A stretch of DNA of 64,000 nt from Octopus vulgaris (lineage: Eukaryota). The notes below the pieces were generated by a model. That model saw only the letters and a program-made list of their open reading frames with translations. It ran no database searches and was not told where the DNA came from. Below, piece by piece: positions 1 through 13,552 of the stretch (its first letter is position 1; each line of letters opens with the position of its first letter). Location of the stretch: NCBI GenBank assembly GCA_951406725.2, contig OX597831.1, positions 68,076,001 through 68,140,000 of the forward strand, written 5' to 3'. Made by a program: the position numbers and the translations under genes.

Positions 1-454
1 TGTGTACCCTACGAAAAATTACATTCTATGTCTTGATATATAAATATATGTATCTTTATAACAAATATTTTATGGAAATATGTGAGTGGATCTTCTTAGT
101 TAATATAGTGGCATTGTTGTCGTTTTGGAGAGGCTTGATGGCTGCATAGTTACGATTATACTTCTTTTATTATTTATTTATTTATGTGTTTGATGGTGTT
201 TGTGGATATGTATGTGTATGAGTGTATGTGTGTGTGTATACATATAATTATGTATGTATGTGCGATTGATCTGTGGATGTGCGTGTGCGTATGTGCGTTT
301 CTTGACTAACTAACCGTAAAATTTCTTTTGTGATTCAAATTTAAGACTATAAGCCAATCGAATCAATCTAGAATAATCAATATCAAGCGGACAGAAGAAT
401 CAGACTTATAGATATGTAGATGTCCAATTGATGTACTTGGTACAGACATGGTTG

Positions 455-513
<59 letters not shown>

Positions 514-845
514 AGTAATTTTTATTGACTTTTATAGGTTTATAATTTTATGAACTGAACTGTGTTTTTTTTACTATTTTTTATGTATATGTCTGATTTA
601 AATTTAAATGTGAGTGTGCATATATTTTCCTGTAGGTTAGTTTTGGAATTAGAAGCCCAATATGTAGAATAACTGTGTTTGTTAATATATATTGATATAT
701 TTTGTTTTGTTTATTTTGTATTATTGTATTAATGAGTATATATATATGTGTAGTATTATGAGTGTCTATGCACACGTTTTTATATTTTATATTTTTATAT
801 TTATATGTATAAAAAAATTTTTTTCACACTTATAATAAATTAAAT

Positions 846-956
846 TCTCTGAAGAGGCCGTGGGACATCCTTGTTAATGTCTCATTTATACCTGCCTTAT
901 ATGGCTTATAGGTTAAATGAGGCATACTTGTCCTTACGGCCGAAACAGCTGTCAGA
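846..956 (+). ncRNA. Minimal type I hammerhead ribozyme motif in a Penelope-like terminal repeat
   Basis: TCT-CTGAAGA(849-855)-GGCCGT...ACGGCC(936-941)-GAAA-CAGCTG-TC-AGA: intact core, palindromic helix III, GUC cleavage triplet at 951-953, about 75-nt helix II loop. Confidence 0.7.
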
Positions 957-1164
957 TATGATATAATTATATATTATATTTTATATTTTATATTTCTATT
1001 TCCTTGTCTAATTATATTTACAATATATTTTGTATAATGCCTTTGCTGTTATGTAATGGTGTAATAAAGTATTGATTGGGTATCATCTGATGGTTGATGT
1101 TGGATTGATTTAAGTATGTTTCTCCATTTTCTAATTTTGTAGTATATATATATATATATATGTA

Positions 1165-1362
1165 TATTTGTGTGTCTGTGTTTGTCCGCCCACCATAGCT
1201 TGACAACCAATTCTTGTGTGTTTACATCCCCGTAAGTTAGCAAAAAGAAACTGATAGAATAAGTACTAAGTTTACAAAGGATAAGTCCTGGGTTCGATTT
1301 GTTTGACTATAGGTGGTGCTCCAGCATAGCTGCAGTCAAATGACTGAAACAAGTAAAAGAAT
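1165..1362 (+). mobile_element. SINE family A, 3' half
   Basis: Matches the 3' part of the copies at 5027 and 56736 (gatagaataagtact...ggtggtgctccagcat...atgactgaaacaagtaaaaga). Confidence 0.75.
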
Positions 1363-3778
1363 AACAGAATATATATATATGTTATAGTCACGTATTTCCT
1401 CCCTCTTGTAAAGAAAGTTATTCCTTCACCCATTCGTTCCTTCAATATTTCCTCTATCTCTTCCTGTAGCACGTGCTCTATTCTATTTTCATTCGATAAT
1501 GTTCTGAATATCACCATCCTGCTTTCCATTTTTCGTTTTTCCTCCTCTGGTATGGTCATTTTTATGTTTGACCCTTCTTTTTTTTATCATCCCATAATAT
1601 TTTGCTATCTTCACTTCATTCCATTGTCTTCGGTTTCACCACTTGTGGGTCTGTGGTATCTCGACCTCCAGTAGCTTCCATGTAGCTTTTCATTTTTTCC
1701 ATTATTCACTTCTACCCAATGATGATGGCTTCACACAAAAATCTTGCTTCGAATTCTTCAAAAAACAACAAAAACTGAGTCTGCCCGAGATTATAGCAGC
1801 TTGCTTCTGCACGCAATATATATATTTCAAGTGAACACACAGTTGCTGATTTTGCAGCAAGCAAAAAAGCCAGTTCTAAAATCTCTCTAAGAATCAACAC
1901 AGTAGTTGTACTGACAAGTAATATTCATAGCCACTTTAACATGGCTGGCCATTCGAGTGAACTCTACTCTGATTTTTTAACCTCAAGAGGACCATTAGCT
2001 GGTTAATGATGCACAGCTACATCTGATGCACAGCCGCAACTGAGATTTTAGAACTAGCATTTTTGCTTGTTGCAAAATCGACTGATCTTGATATCTTTCC
2101 TTCTTCATCTCCCTCTATATTACAGGGAATGCAAACTTGTAATTTATACTGGCTCACTCAAAAAGTTTCCTACAATAGCAAAACTTTTCACTCGGTACCT
2201 TGAGTCCATACTTTGGGATAAATTAGATTTCCCCAATAGCTTAGCATGAAGACTTGTGACAGATTTTTGATATCTTTCCATAAGATATAATTGGTGTGGG
2301 GTGAACTTATCATTCCTCTTACATTTTATTATCATGGCTAACCATCCAATATGGTGGTTCATATTGTTGATGATTTTTTTCAAGTTTTAATTTTCCATCT
2401 AGGATGTTTCCATTCAGTTATTCCATTACTCTGTATACTGCAAATTTCTCATAGAAGGCTTCCAAGAATGATAGCAGCTGTGTATATGAAGATATTAATT
2501 GTCCAGTAATTAAGTTCACATGATGTTCTGCAACATCATCAGTAACTCTCAACATTAGAGCAGTAGGCTTTTTCTTTAATCTCGTTAAGAATGGCCTGTC
2601 ACTCGGTGACAGTTTAAATAAAGAGGAAAAGTTTTGTTGAATCAGTTACATGAGGAGATATATGAGTGATTTGTTAAAGTTATTTTCAGTCTTTCTTATG
2701 GCAGAATTTGGCCAGTTCCCAGTGTTTTGAGAAGATCAATTAGCATCATGAAAGGAAGCCATTTTTTTTCTCAAAGAGCTGCTTGCTTCTGAAGCTGTTT
2801 ATAAATTTGTTTAAGTTGAGGTGAGCTTTGTAATTTTTTAGCCACTTCATTTAGCTGATAGAAATGCTTTCTCAGGTCTTTTCATGGAATGAAAGTATAT
2901 TTTGGTTTGAATGTAAAGTCCAGGTGAAATGAGAAGAGTAATTATGTCATCTTAACTTACAAGTATTGCAGTGCTGCCTGCTTAGGGTTGTTGTTAACAG
3001 TATTAGCCATGATATACTTGCAGAATTCGACATGGTGGAAGGTGTATTTTGTAATCTGGTCTAAATGATACCATGTTGGTGGTTCTCTAATTTATAACTA
3101 AAAAAATGAACCAGTTACTGATTTAGGCTGGAGGAATAAGCATAAATGTAGAAAACATTCAAAAAGGCATTCTAAAAGGTCCTCTGCACCTGCATATCTA
3201 ATGTTGACTGTTCCAATATGCATGCATGCATGTGTGTGTGTGTATTTGCATCTTTTGCCATTGTATATCAGCAAGAGATGTAATAATTAGTGAAAAAACT
3301 GGTGCTTTGTTAACAAGGTTCTTTGTGAGAACTAAGTCTTTTGCATTGAATTACAGATTCCCTCATCTCACTCTGACCCTCAGTAATGCAGTGAACCAGT
3401 GATTGACTTACTGGAAACCCATAACCAATGCTGCTATTGTGAAGAAATTTGGATATAAAATATATAAATAATTCTATCGTTTGTAACTTTATGGGTATAT
3501 TTGATCTCAGCACTGTCACCAATATTTACAATGAATTTGGTAGTTATAAAAATGATGTATATCACTCTGTGGTAAACTATTTTGGGTTCAATGAATCCAA
3601 CTGCTGACTGTAAATACAATGCAATAATAATAACAAGATATGAAGTTATGATTCCTTGTCAACTCAGATGTTTTCATTCTCAATCAAATCTTAAGTGCAA
3701 TCTTCAAAATATACATCACTTTTTAACGTAAAAATTTTTTTACTGAAGTGCACTTATGCTCGGGTGACTGGCTTTTAA

Positions 3779-4080
3779 TCATCATCATCATCATCGTTTA
3801 ACATCTGCTTTCCATGCTAGCATGGGTTGGACGGTTCAACTGGGGTCTGGGAAGCAAGAAGGCTGCACCAGGTCCAGTCTGATCTGGCAGTGTTTCTACA
3901 GCTGGATGCCCTTCCTAATGCCAACCACTCCATGAGTTTAGTTGGTGCTTTTTACGTGCCAGACGAGGCTGGCAACGGCCACGATCAGATTGTGCTTTTT
4001 AGGTGCCATCAGCATGGAGGCCAGTCAGGGCAGCGCTGGCAACGGCCACGTTCGGATGGTTCTCTTACGTGTCGCCAGCA
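3779..4080 (-). mobile_element. SINE-like family B with (GAT)n tail
   Basis: catcatcatcgtttaac...ctggatgcccttcctaatgccaaccact; near-identical to copies at 10433, 49900, 51019, 55568 and 59612. Confidence 0.8.
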
Positions 4081-5026
4081 CTAGTATCGCAACTACAATT
4101 TCCATTGATTTTGATCGATTTCTAACACTTAAGTTATTTATACAAGCAACTTTGGTTAGTTCTCTCTAGGACTTATTCTATTAAACTATATCTGTCAAAC
4201 TGCTGCATACAGAACATACAGGAATACATTCTAAACAACACTAAGTTTTAGGTCAGTGTAAACATAAACACAGATACAAACAGTCAGACACTCACAAACA
4301 TGCACAAACACACACGCACACACATACACAATGATCTTCAGAGTTTCAGTCTGCTACTTAATTTTACTCCAAAGTTTGGTCTATCTAAAGTTACAGTAGA
4401 AAACACTTTGTGAATGTATTGTCTTGTGGGGTCCCACATGTTACACCCACATGTGGCTAAGTAAAATTTTTAATCACAGTTCATGCCTCACCAATATTGA
4501 TGTGGTTGGTTTCTCAACAGACAACTAGGGAACTAAATATTAAAGTCAAGTCTTTTTAGTAGGCTTACAACTTGTATGTCTGTAACAATAAATTCAATTT
4601 CGAAAATAATTGACTGAAGAATACTTTGACTGAAGAATGCTTTGAGAATCGAAAGAAAGAAACAGAAGAGTACCCAATTTTGATCACTTTTCAGGTGTGA
4701 TTTATGCTTGCATCAACACAGCATATATAACATGAATCTCTGTTGTATCATCTTAAAGGGTTTCATATACCAACCAAAGGCTTCAGTAGGATAATGGGAA
4801 CAATTTCTTCAAAGGTAGCATAATGTTTCCAGCAGCCACTAAGGACTCTGAATAGTCAACTTTTATGGTATTAAGTGGATATAAAATACATAGTATACTC
4901 TTAATAAGAAGCTTTTTTTATCACACTTATTATCCTCAGCGCTACTTCTCTCTCCCAACTGCTGGGTAAGCTGAGACATTTGTTGGAAACAAATCTCAAT
5001 AAAAGAAAAGGAAAAAAAAAAAAATA

Positions 5027-5410
5027 GGTGCAGGAGTGGCTGTGTGGTAAGTAGCTTGCTAACCAACCACATGGTTCTGGGTTCAGTCCCACTGCATGGC
5101 ATCTTGGGCAAGTGTCTTCTGCTATAGCCCCGGGCCGACCAATGCCTTGTGAGTGGATTTGGTAGACGGAAACTGAAAGAAGCCTGTCGTATGTATGTAT
5201 ATATATATATATATGTATGTGTATGTGTGTGTATATGTTTGTCCCCCTAGCATTGGTTGACAACCGATGCTGGCAAAAGAGACCGATAGAATAAGTACTG
5301 GGCTTACAAAGAATAAGTCCCGGGGTCGATTTGCTCGACTAAAGGTGGTGCTTCAGCATGGCCGCAGTCAAATGACTGAAACAAGTAAAAGAGTAAAAGA
5401 GTAAAGAGAG
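5027..5410 (+). mobile_element. tRNA-derived SINE family A
   Basis: A-box-like tggctgtgtgg, B-box-like ggttcagtccc, internal (TA/TG)n, gtaaaaga-repeat tail; at least 7 copies in the window. Confidence 0.85.
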
Positions 5411-6342
5411 CGTCTATGAAAAGATTTATTCCAAGTGATAAATTATGTAGAAGGTTTTTGTAAAAATATTCATTAATGCAGTTAACTAAGCAAAACTAGC
5501 AAGAATTATAAAAGAAACAAAGAAAAAAAAAGAAAAACTAATCAGGAGGGTTGAGAAAAATAAAACTGAGTAAAGTTAAGAGATTTAATACTCATGCGTT
5601 TTAAGTTTAGCTACAATATTGTTCTAGATAAAACTTTTTTTTTAACCATTTGAAACTACATTGAACATGTTTGTATGTATGCATATATTACTTATGTAAG
5701 TTAGTAATTAAGTATGTGTGTATGTATGTATGTATGTATGAACAGTTACAGAATCTTCACAAATCCTTCAGATACTCAAATACTATCAACAAAATTATAA
5801 ATGTCGAAAGGAATATTTTTGTTTTAGAGATTTTACTTTATTTAGTGAAGCAGAGGAATAAGAGATCGTAAGAATTAGTGTCATTAAAAAGTATGACAAA
5901 AATAAGAATATAATCAAAATGATTTTATTCTACTTGGGGAAATTATGTGAAATGGTAATGACATTAAGTACATTTCATAATGAAAATCTTGTCTGCTTTT
6001 TGAGTTTGTCAAGTAGTTTTTCTTCATTTTCTTCATTACCATTATTTTCTAAATTCCAATCGCAAAGTCATGGCTACCTTTTACTTTTTGTAATAGTTTT
6101 TGTTTTGTCAAATAAGGAAGTGCAATGCTCACGACCTTTGTAGGGCTTCCCAGAATGGCAAAATCAATATTCTTGATATTGTACTTTATTGCTTTCATCA
6201 TTACCTATATGAGTTGTTCAATAAGATGGATGGTACCATCAAGGAAATGTAGGACATTTATTGTTGAGGATGTGTTGTGGATATGGAGGTATATATGAGT
6301 AAAGGTGTGTGAGTATATGTGTGTGTGTGTGTAAATAACATA

Positions 6343-6725
6343 GTCTTTTACTCTTTCTTTTACTTGTTTCAGTCATTTGATTGCGGCCATGCTGGAGCAC
6401 CACCTTTAGTCAAGCAAATCGACCCCGGAACTTATTCGTTGTAAGCCCAGTACTTATTCTATTGGTCTCTTTTGCCGAACCACTAAGTTACGGGGACGTA
6501 AACACACCAGCATCGGTTGTCATGCGATGTTAGGGAGACACACACACACACATGTACATATATACGACGGGCTTCTTTCAGTTTCCGTCTACCAAATCCA
6601 CTCACAAGGCTTTGGTCGGCCCGAGGCTATAGTAGAAGACACTTGCCCAAGGTACCACGCAGTGGGGCTGAACCCGGAACCATGTGGTTGGTAAGCAAGC
6701 TACTTACCACACAGCCACTCCTGCT
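6343..6725 (-). mobile_element. tRNA-derived SINE family A
   Basis: Reverse complement of the 5027 and 56736 copies. Confidence 0.85.
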
Positions 6726-7989
6726 ACAAACTGAAGAAAATATGAAATAGATAGAAATGGTCTAGGAGTATAGTAAAAGATTGTGCTAAATGGCAACCTC
6801 TACACTGACTACTAGGACAAAGGAATACAAAAGGAAAAGCTCAAAGTGTCTCTGAAGAGACTATGTCTGTTACATTGACTATCTACAGAGATTTATTTTA
6901 GCTGTTACTCTCTCTCTCTCCCCCTCCTTTCCTCCCCCTCCCTCCTTGCAAAGCTGATCTCAGAAAGAATTGCGATTTGGCAGGACAAAACCGAGGACAG
7001 AATTTTTTTTTGCAGCCACTGCAGCTGGGCCTGCATGTCTTCTGTTAAGCAACAAGTCTGCGCATGGACACCCCACTTTATGAATATTTACTTGTGTAGT
7101 TATAATAGTCTTTTGTTACAGTGATTAAGTACAATATTATGGATGCAAAATATGGGACTTTGAAATATGTTGAGAGATACTGTGTGATATGGATATATGG
7201 TAAAGAAACACTTGAGATTGGGTTATTAGGCCAAACCTTGGGAAGGTTGTATTCTTCAGGTAAAGTAGCTCAGAATATGATATGACATATAGCATGTGTA
7301 CAAACACCTGGTGAATATTAACATACACAGCAGAGCAGATGCAGTTGATAAAGATGATATTAATGGAGATTAAATGAAAATCATGATAAGAATGATAATG
7401 ATGATGATATTAATGATAATTTTGATGCTAGTGGTACCCAATAATGATGACAACAAAAATTATTAAAAACAGATGGCAATGATGATAGTGATGATAATGA
7501 TGATGATGTCCAATTAAATATTGGGAAACTGTATTTCGTTTTCAGATACATATTTAATTATAAAGTGAATTAAAACACAGCAATACTATAGCAACAAACT
7601 ACAACAATTAAAGATGAATCACAAATTAAATCACTAAACGGTCGTGCAAATTTAATGCAATATAATTGGATGCAGATTGTGATAGAAATAAACTGATGCA
7701 TTATAAACATTCACGGATTATTCAGTGAGTGAGGACAAAGCAATAAAATAAAAGACAAAAATAGAGCAAGTATAATTATATATGGAATCATAATAGTTTC
7801 TGTTTCTGTTTGAGCTTTCTACATAAATACATCTGATTTTAAGCATCAACTATATAAGTTAATACAGAGAGTATGAGACAATGAGGGAGCCCTCTATGTA
7901 GTTGCTCAAACTGATAGCGATAGCAACTAGCCAAACATCATCTATGAAGCCACACCTTCACATCTTTAGAAAGGGGAAGGGAATAGGTC

Positions 7990-8860
7990 ACCAGTGGATC
8001 TGGCTCTGTGAAAGCTGTATTGATGGTCTCGTACAAGAGAGATTCAATTCATTAAAGAATGTCACTATCATTGGTTATTTCCATTACCTTAGAGATGTTG
8101 GAAGTGAGAGCAATAGGAATATTGTTGGCTGGGTCAAACAAGTTACCTTTCTTTGGAATTGGACCCACTAAGACATGTTTCCAAATGATAGGATGTATCC
8201 CTATAGTGATTAAGAGTTTGGTGAGTATCAAAGAATGTTCTAGGACACAATGATCAAGTGTAATGGAAGGGATATTCTTCAGACTCAGAGGTTTTGTTTG
8301 TTTATAAAATTTAGAGGTATTTTTGTACTTGGTACATGGATGATTAGAATGGAATAAATTGGGGATCTTTTCGGTTTGAACGGCAGTTTTTTCTAGCGGT
8401 GTCATATGAAATTGTCACCCATAATTATGACCCTAGTATCGATCTATTGCATTTCAATCTGTTTTAGGGTTAGGGTTAGGGGGAAGGATATCTTTTTTTC
8501 TTCACAAATGTAAATAAACCCAATCTGTTTCTTAAATGAGGAACATATTCATACGGCACAGTGTTTTTTTTTTACCTCAATAGACGTCAGTGATTGGTTG
8601 AAATTGCAGAAATTGAAGAAAAAAAACAACAAATATCTTACAAACTATAGAACTTTCTCAATAAAACCAAGAGAAAAAGATGTTTTATAAACACATTCTA
8701 CCAGTATACGAAGTTTAAAATTTTTTAGTTACCTAGAAATTATGTTAAAAACTGCCGTTCAAACCGAAAAGATCCTAAATTGGGATTTGCTGTGTGGTGT
8801 TGGTTGCAAAGTGGGCAGCAAAGGTGAAAGCTTTCTCTAATTCAACTCTTTGTTGTCTGC
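7990..8860 (-). pseudogene. Degenerate LINE reverse-transcriptase fragment, interrupted by a MITE
   Basis: ORF 8052-8405 has WKHVLVGPIPKKGNLFDPANNIPIALTSNISKVME, resembling the W-K...IPK.G....NYRPI.L.....K..E block of APE-type LINE RTs; outer limits approximate. Confidence 0.65.
8363..8775. mobile_element. MITE with 28-bp TIRs, 8-bp TSD and internal (TTAGGG)n
   Basis: ggatcttttcggtttgaacggcagtttt / aaaactgccgttcaaaccgaaaagatcc; TSD taaattgg (8355-8362, 8776-8783); second copy at 48824. Confidence 0.9.
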
Positions 8861-9093
8861 TTCATGAGAAGGCATATTTTCTTTCCCAAAAATGTTTCAT
8901 TAAATTTGATAGATATCCAAATTTAGACAAATTTTTTGAAGATTGACTTTGTATGAGGAGATGCAGCACAATCTTTCATCAGTGAACAGGTTGCAGTTTC
9001 AAGTGTCAAAAATCTCGACACCATATTACGAATATATATGTAAGTGAAACTAATGGTTTTGTGTGTTTCTGAATGGCTAACTAGCCTCTTCCA

Positions 9094-9535
9094 GTTCTAT
9101 ATTTAAGAGATGAGGAATTATGACAGATATTTGTCCTCATCTTGTTTGTTGTTAACACAACGTTTTGGCTGATATACCCTCTAGGTTTCATCAGGTGTTT
9201 GGGAAAAGTTTGAACCTGGGTTCTCATTCCTAAGGTATTTTTCGATGTTATAATAATAATAATAATAATAATTATTATTATTATTATTAATCACTATGCC
9301 ATAAGGTGTAGTGGTTAAGAGCACAGGCTACTAACTTCAAGATTCTGAGTTCGATTCCAGGCAGTGACCTGAATAATAATAATAATAATAATAGCATTGA
9401 AAAATACCTCAGGAATGAGAACCAATGTTCGAAATTTCCCCAAGACACCTGATGAAGGCTGGAGGGTATATAAGCTGAAATGTGTTAACAACAAACAAGA
9501 TGAGGACAAATATCCATCAAATGTAAATAATGTAA
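9094..9535. mobile_element. Fold-back element: inverted hammerhead-bearing arms around a tRNA-like Pol III promoter
   Basis: Arms about 9120-9250 and 9390-9530 are reverse complements; each has an acac-CTGATGA..GAAA-type core; centre 9304-9370 has A box (ggtgtagtgg) and B box (gagttcgattc) between (AAT)n tracts; cctcttcca direct repeat at 9085 and 9536. Confidence 0.7.
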
Positions 9536-10284
9536 CCTCTTCCACACTGCAGTTGCTTTATTTTCAGCACACAATCTCAGATCAAACCATTTGCTATGCA
9601 AGCATTCCTCTGTAAAACTTTACATAATGTTTTACTAGCACAAGCACACAAACTCATGCATGCATATATGACAAGCTTCATTTTTTGTCTCTGAAATTCA
9701 CTTACAAAGCATTGGTCAGCCCAGGGCTATATTAGAAAATTCTTGCCCAAGGCAGAGTGCAGTGGGACTGAAGCTGAAACTAGAGGGTTGGGGAAATGAC
9801 CTTCTTAACCATATAGACAGGCTTGCACCTATAGGCGCACACGCGCGCGCGCACACACACATTGTATGCATACATATATATGATTGTATGAAGTTAGCAC
9901 ATGTATTCTGAGTGTACTAGGTGAATATTGTGCACCAACTATATATGATAAATTTTATTTAAAATTTATGAGGTACATAAAAAGTATTTTGACTTTATTT
10001 TTTTTCCCTAAAAAAAACAAATGCCATGTGAACAAAATCCTTTGAGTGGGAGGTGATGCCACCCTTCCTGCATATGTGTGAAAATCTTTCGTGGTGGTTG
10101 GCCACACCAGCTCCTTGCTGTTACACCTAAAGAACGAATGTGTAGTGTGTGCTTGTCAAGATGACCAAATGCACCAAGCAGAGACCATAAACCCATGTTT
10201 CACAACCTGTGACGATGGTCTTCATGAAGTCTGGATCATGGTTTTTATGGTCTGTTCTCTAGGTGTAACAGCTGGGAACTGACA

Positions 10285-11252
10285 CAGTTTCTATCAACTG
10301 AATTCATTCACAGAGCACTGGCTGGCCCAGGGTTATAATAGAAGACACTTACATAAGGTTTCACACAATAAGACTGAACCTAAAGCTATGCATTTGCAAA
10401 GCACACTCCCAACTACATAGTCATGTCTGTACCTACGTAAAAAGCACCATCCGAACCGTGGCCGATGCCAGTGCCGCCTCGACTGGCTTCTGTGCCGGTG
10501 GCACATAAAATGCACCAATCCGACTGTGGCCGTTGCCAGCCTCACCTGGCACCTGTGCAGGTGGCACGTAAAAAGCACCCACTACACTCACGGAGTGGTT
10601 GGTGTTAGGAAGGGCATCCAGCTGTAGAAATACTGCCAGATCAGACTGGAGCCTGGTGCAGCCTTCTGGCTTCCCAGATCCCCGGCTGAACCATCCAACC
10701 CATGGAGAACGGACGTTAAACGATGATGATGATGATACACACAATATATAAATCCATCCATCCATCCATCTTCTCAGATGGATGGAGGAGGGTTGAGTTT
10801 CCCCAGGTTGACCCAATACTTCTCTGCATTGAAAAGTCACAACTTTGGTGCTATAAACATGTGATTAGAATATCATGGGAAACAATTGTAAGACAGACTC
10901 TTCAAGTCAAGCTAACTGGCTGGAGATTTAGAGGTAGACCAAAAATGAAATGGTTTGATAATATCCCATAATCTCAGTTGTTTATGTTTGGGGAAGTCTA
11001 ATGACAGTTGCTTCTGAAAGGACTCTATAGAGGACTCAACCCTCCTTTATCTATCCCTCCATCCATCTTCTCGGATGGATGGATTTATATATTGTGTGTA
11101 TGTATATTATATCTATGTACAGACATGACTATGTAATTAGGGAGTGTGCTTTGCAATTGCATAGCTTTAGGTGAAACCTTATGTAAGTGTCTTCTACTAT
11201 AACCCTAGGCCAGCCAGTGCTCTGTAATAGAAATTCAGCTGATAGAAATTGT
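10285..11252. repeat. Inverted duplication with an RTE-like spacer; left arm interrupted by SINE B
   Basis: 10285-10431 plus 10735-10800 is the reverse complement of 11035-11252; the spacer encodes GWRFRGRPKMKWFDNI, like RTE ORF C-termini. Confidence 0.75.
10433..10734 (+). mobile_element. SINE-like family B
   Basis: gtgttaggaagggcatccagctgtagaaa...ggacgttaaacgatgatgat tail. Confidence 0.8.
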
Positions 11253-12662
11253 AGGAAGCCTGTTGCATATTTGTGTGTTTGCATGTGTGTGTTTATAAAT
11301 ATACACACATTCATACTCATACAAATATACATTTCACTGTTCTGTTTATGAAGTGCCATCTTTAAAGATAATTAAATACTTGCACTGATCGGTCACTCCT
11401 GTAACCTAGTCATTGATCTTTGCTGCATATCTCAAATTGGGTAAAAGGATTTCTATTTATATAATTAATTACACGTCCAGAAAATCTTTTAACCAAATTT
11501 ATATTCAGTTGTCTTGTTAGGAGCTTGCAGAGTGTATAACCATTCTTATGCTAAGCTATTATCATGTGGTTACAGTGAGTCCTTATGGAACATCTCTAAG
11601 AAGTTGTGTACTATAAAGTACAATCAATTAAGTATTTGTTAATTATGTAGTGTTTTGTGTGGGAGTCTGGAGTTTTTTCACCCCACAGTCCAGTCTGTTC
11701 CTACTTGATATTTAATATTGTTGTTTCACCACAAATCTGTCTTGGTCCAGCAGAATGATGCACAGAATCCTTACAGCCAGGAAAATTCTGTCCTTTTCTT
11801 TCAGGATGTTTTCGCTGAGAGATTTGGCTGTTATTTCTAGCATACTGAAAAAGCACATAGAAATTTCTATGTTAGATTATTTTTGTTTTTAGTCTCTAAA
11901 TTGATCTCAATACTATGAATGATACTATTTTATTGATCTTATAAGGGACAAAAGATAATTTTGGAATAAGAGGAAGTAACTCAGTCAGAAATAGTGTAAA
12001 ATATTTTGTTTAAAGGACTGGTTTTGTTTATCCTATACAAAAATGTAATGCCTGCTTATTACATAACAGCCTAAGCTATAGCTAACTTCAGAAAATTAAT
12101 GCTGGACTTCAAAAGCTGGGTATTTTCCTTCAACCACAACCCTCTTTCAAACTCTGTGATCCCCAAAGATATATCCCAGATCCCAAGTATGCATATCTTA
12201 TTGACTACATCATGGTTAGGTAGGTATGTTTCAAAAGTATTCTGTTCACCTGTGCAATGAACTGACCATTGTATAATATTAATGAAGGTTACATCCCACG
12301 TGTGTCCTTTATGTCATTCAAGAATACCAAACATCAAGAAATAAATTGCTTCAAGCTCAACAATTCCAACTCATGTAGGATTTTATCACACTCTAGCTGT
12401 GTAATTCTAAGTTTCTGAAGGTAAGGATCACAAGTGACTCTCTTCCACATCTACAAAACTATCAGATTCAAGAAGAAAAACCTACCATAACTGTAAAGCT
12501 TCTGAGGAAATGCACAAAGCCCACTTAACAAATTTAGTCAATGTCTATCATACAGTCTGAAAACTAAATTCAGATGCTTCTGAGTGAAGCACCTCTGTTG
12601 GTGCCCTGAAAAACAAATGGAGAATTGCAAAATATTATGTTCAGAAGCATGCAAACAAGCAT

Positions 12663-12885
12663 ACTCTTTACTCTTTTACTCTTTTACTTGTTTCAGTCAT
12701 TTCACTGTGGCCATGCTGGAGCACCGCCTTTAGTCGAACAAATCGACCCCATGACTTATTTTTTGTAAGCCTAGTGCTTATTCAACCGGTCTCTTTTGCC
12801 AAACCGCTAAGTTACGGGGACGTAAACACACCAGCATCGGTTGTCAAGCGATGTTGGGGGGGGGGGGACAAACACAGACACACAA

Positions 12886-12930
<45 letters not shown>

Positions 12931-13093
12931 CGACAGGCTTCTTTCAGTTTCCATCTACTAAATCCACTCACAAGGCTTTGGTCAGCCTGAAGCTATAGTA
13001 GAAGACACTTGCCCAAGGTGCCACGCAGTGGGACTGAACCTGGAACCATGAGGTTCGTAAGCAAGCTACTTACCACACAGCCACTCCTACGCC
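12663..13093 (-). mobile_element. tRNA-derived SINE family A
   Basis: Full-length reverse-complement copy. Confidence 0.85.
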
Positions 13094-13552
13094 ATGGCGT
13101 ACATAATTACTATGCTGCATTAAAAACTCCTTATGTCCCTAGGAATTGTTCTGTAACACCAGCCAGATCATAAGTGGGTACACCTCTACACAAAGACTAG
13201 TCAGCAACTGGATAGAACACTTCAATGAACTCCTAAACCAGTCTACATCTGAGCATCTGGCAATGAAGAAGAAATTTTTAGACGCTTATCACCTTTTTAC
13301 CTCAATGAATCATTTGTTTTGGGTGAAGTTAGGGCTGCTGTAAAAATCCTAAAATAGGAAATCTTCTGAGCTGGATGATAGTGCAGCAGAGATATTGATG
13401 AACGGTCGTAAGCTCTGTACAACAGTACTTCAGTCACTACATTACAGAAAAATGGAACCAGGTGTGTGAACCTAAACATTAGAAGGGTGCTTAAAACATT
13501 ACTATCTCCAAAGCAAGGGAGACAAATATCTTTGTTCTAACAATAGATGTTT

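Noticed and set aside
1370-3050. Possible old LINE RT on the minus strand (DLRK and TDDV-like words); similar decayed stretches near 12.0-13.5 and 20.3-21.1 kb
   Set aside because: Too decayed to assign limits or family by eye.
4863-5263. Recurring ORFs such as TCPRCHAVGLNPEPCGW and [12 protein letters not shown]
   Set aside because: Chance frames within multi-copy SINEs.
8464-8484. TTAGGG repeats as a telomere or fusion scar
   Set aside because: They are internal to a MITE present twice in the window.
9304-9370. Possible tRNA genes here and at 13790-13861
   Set aside because: A and B boxes are present but there is no convincing cloverleaf; these are SINE-type heads.
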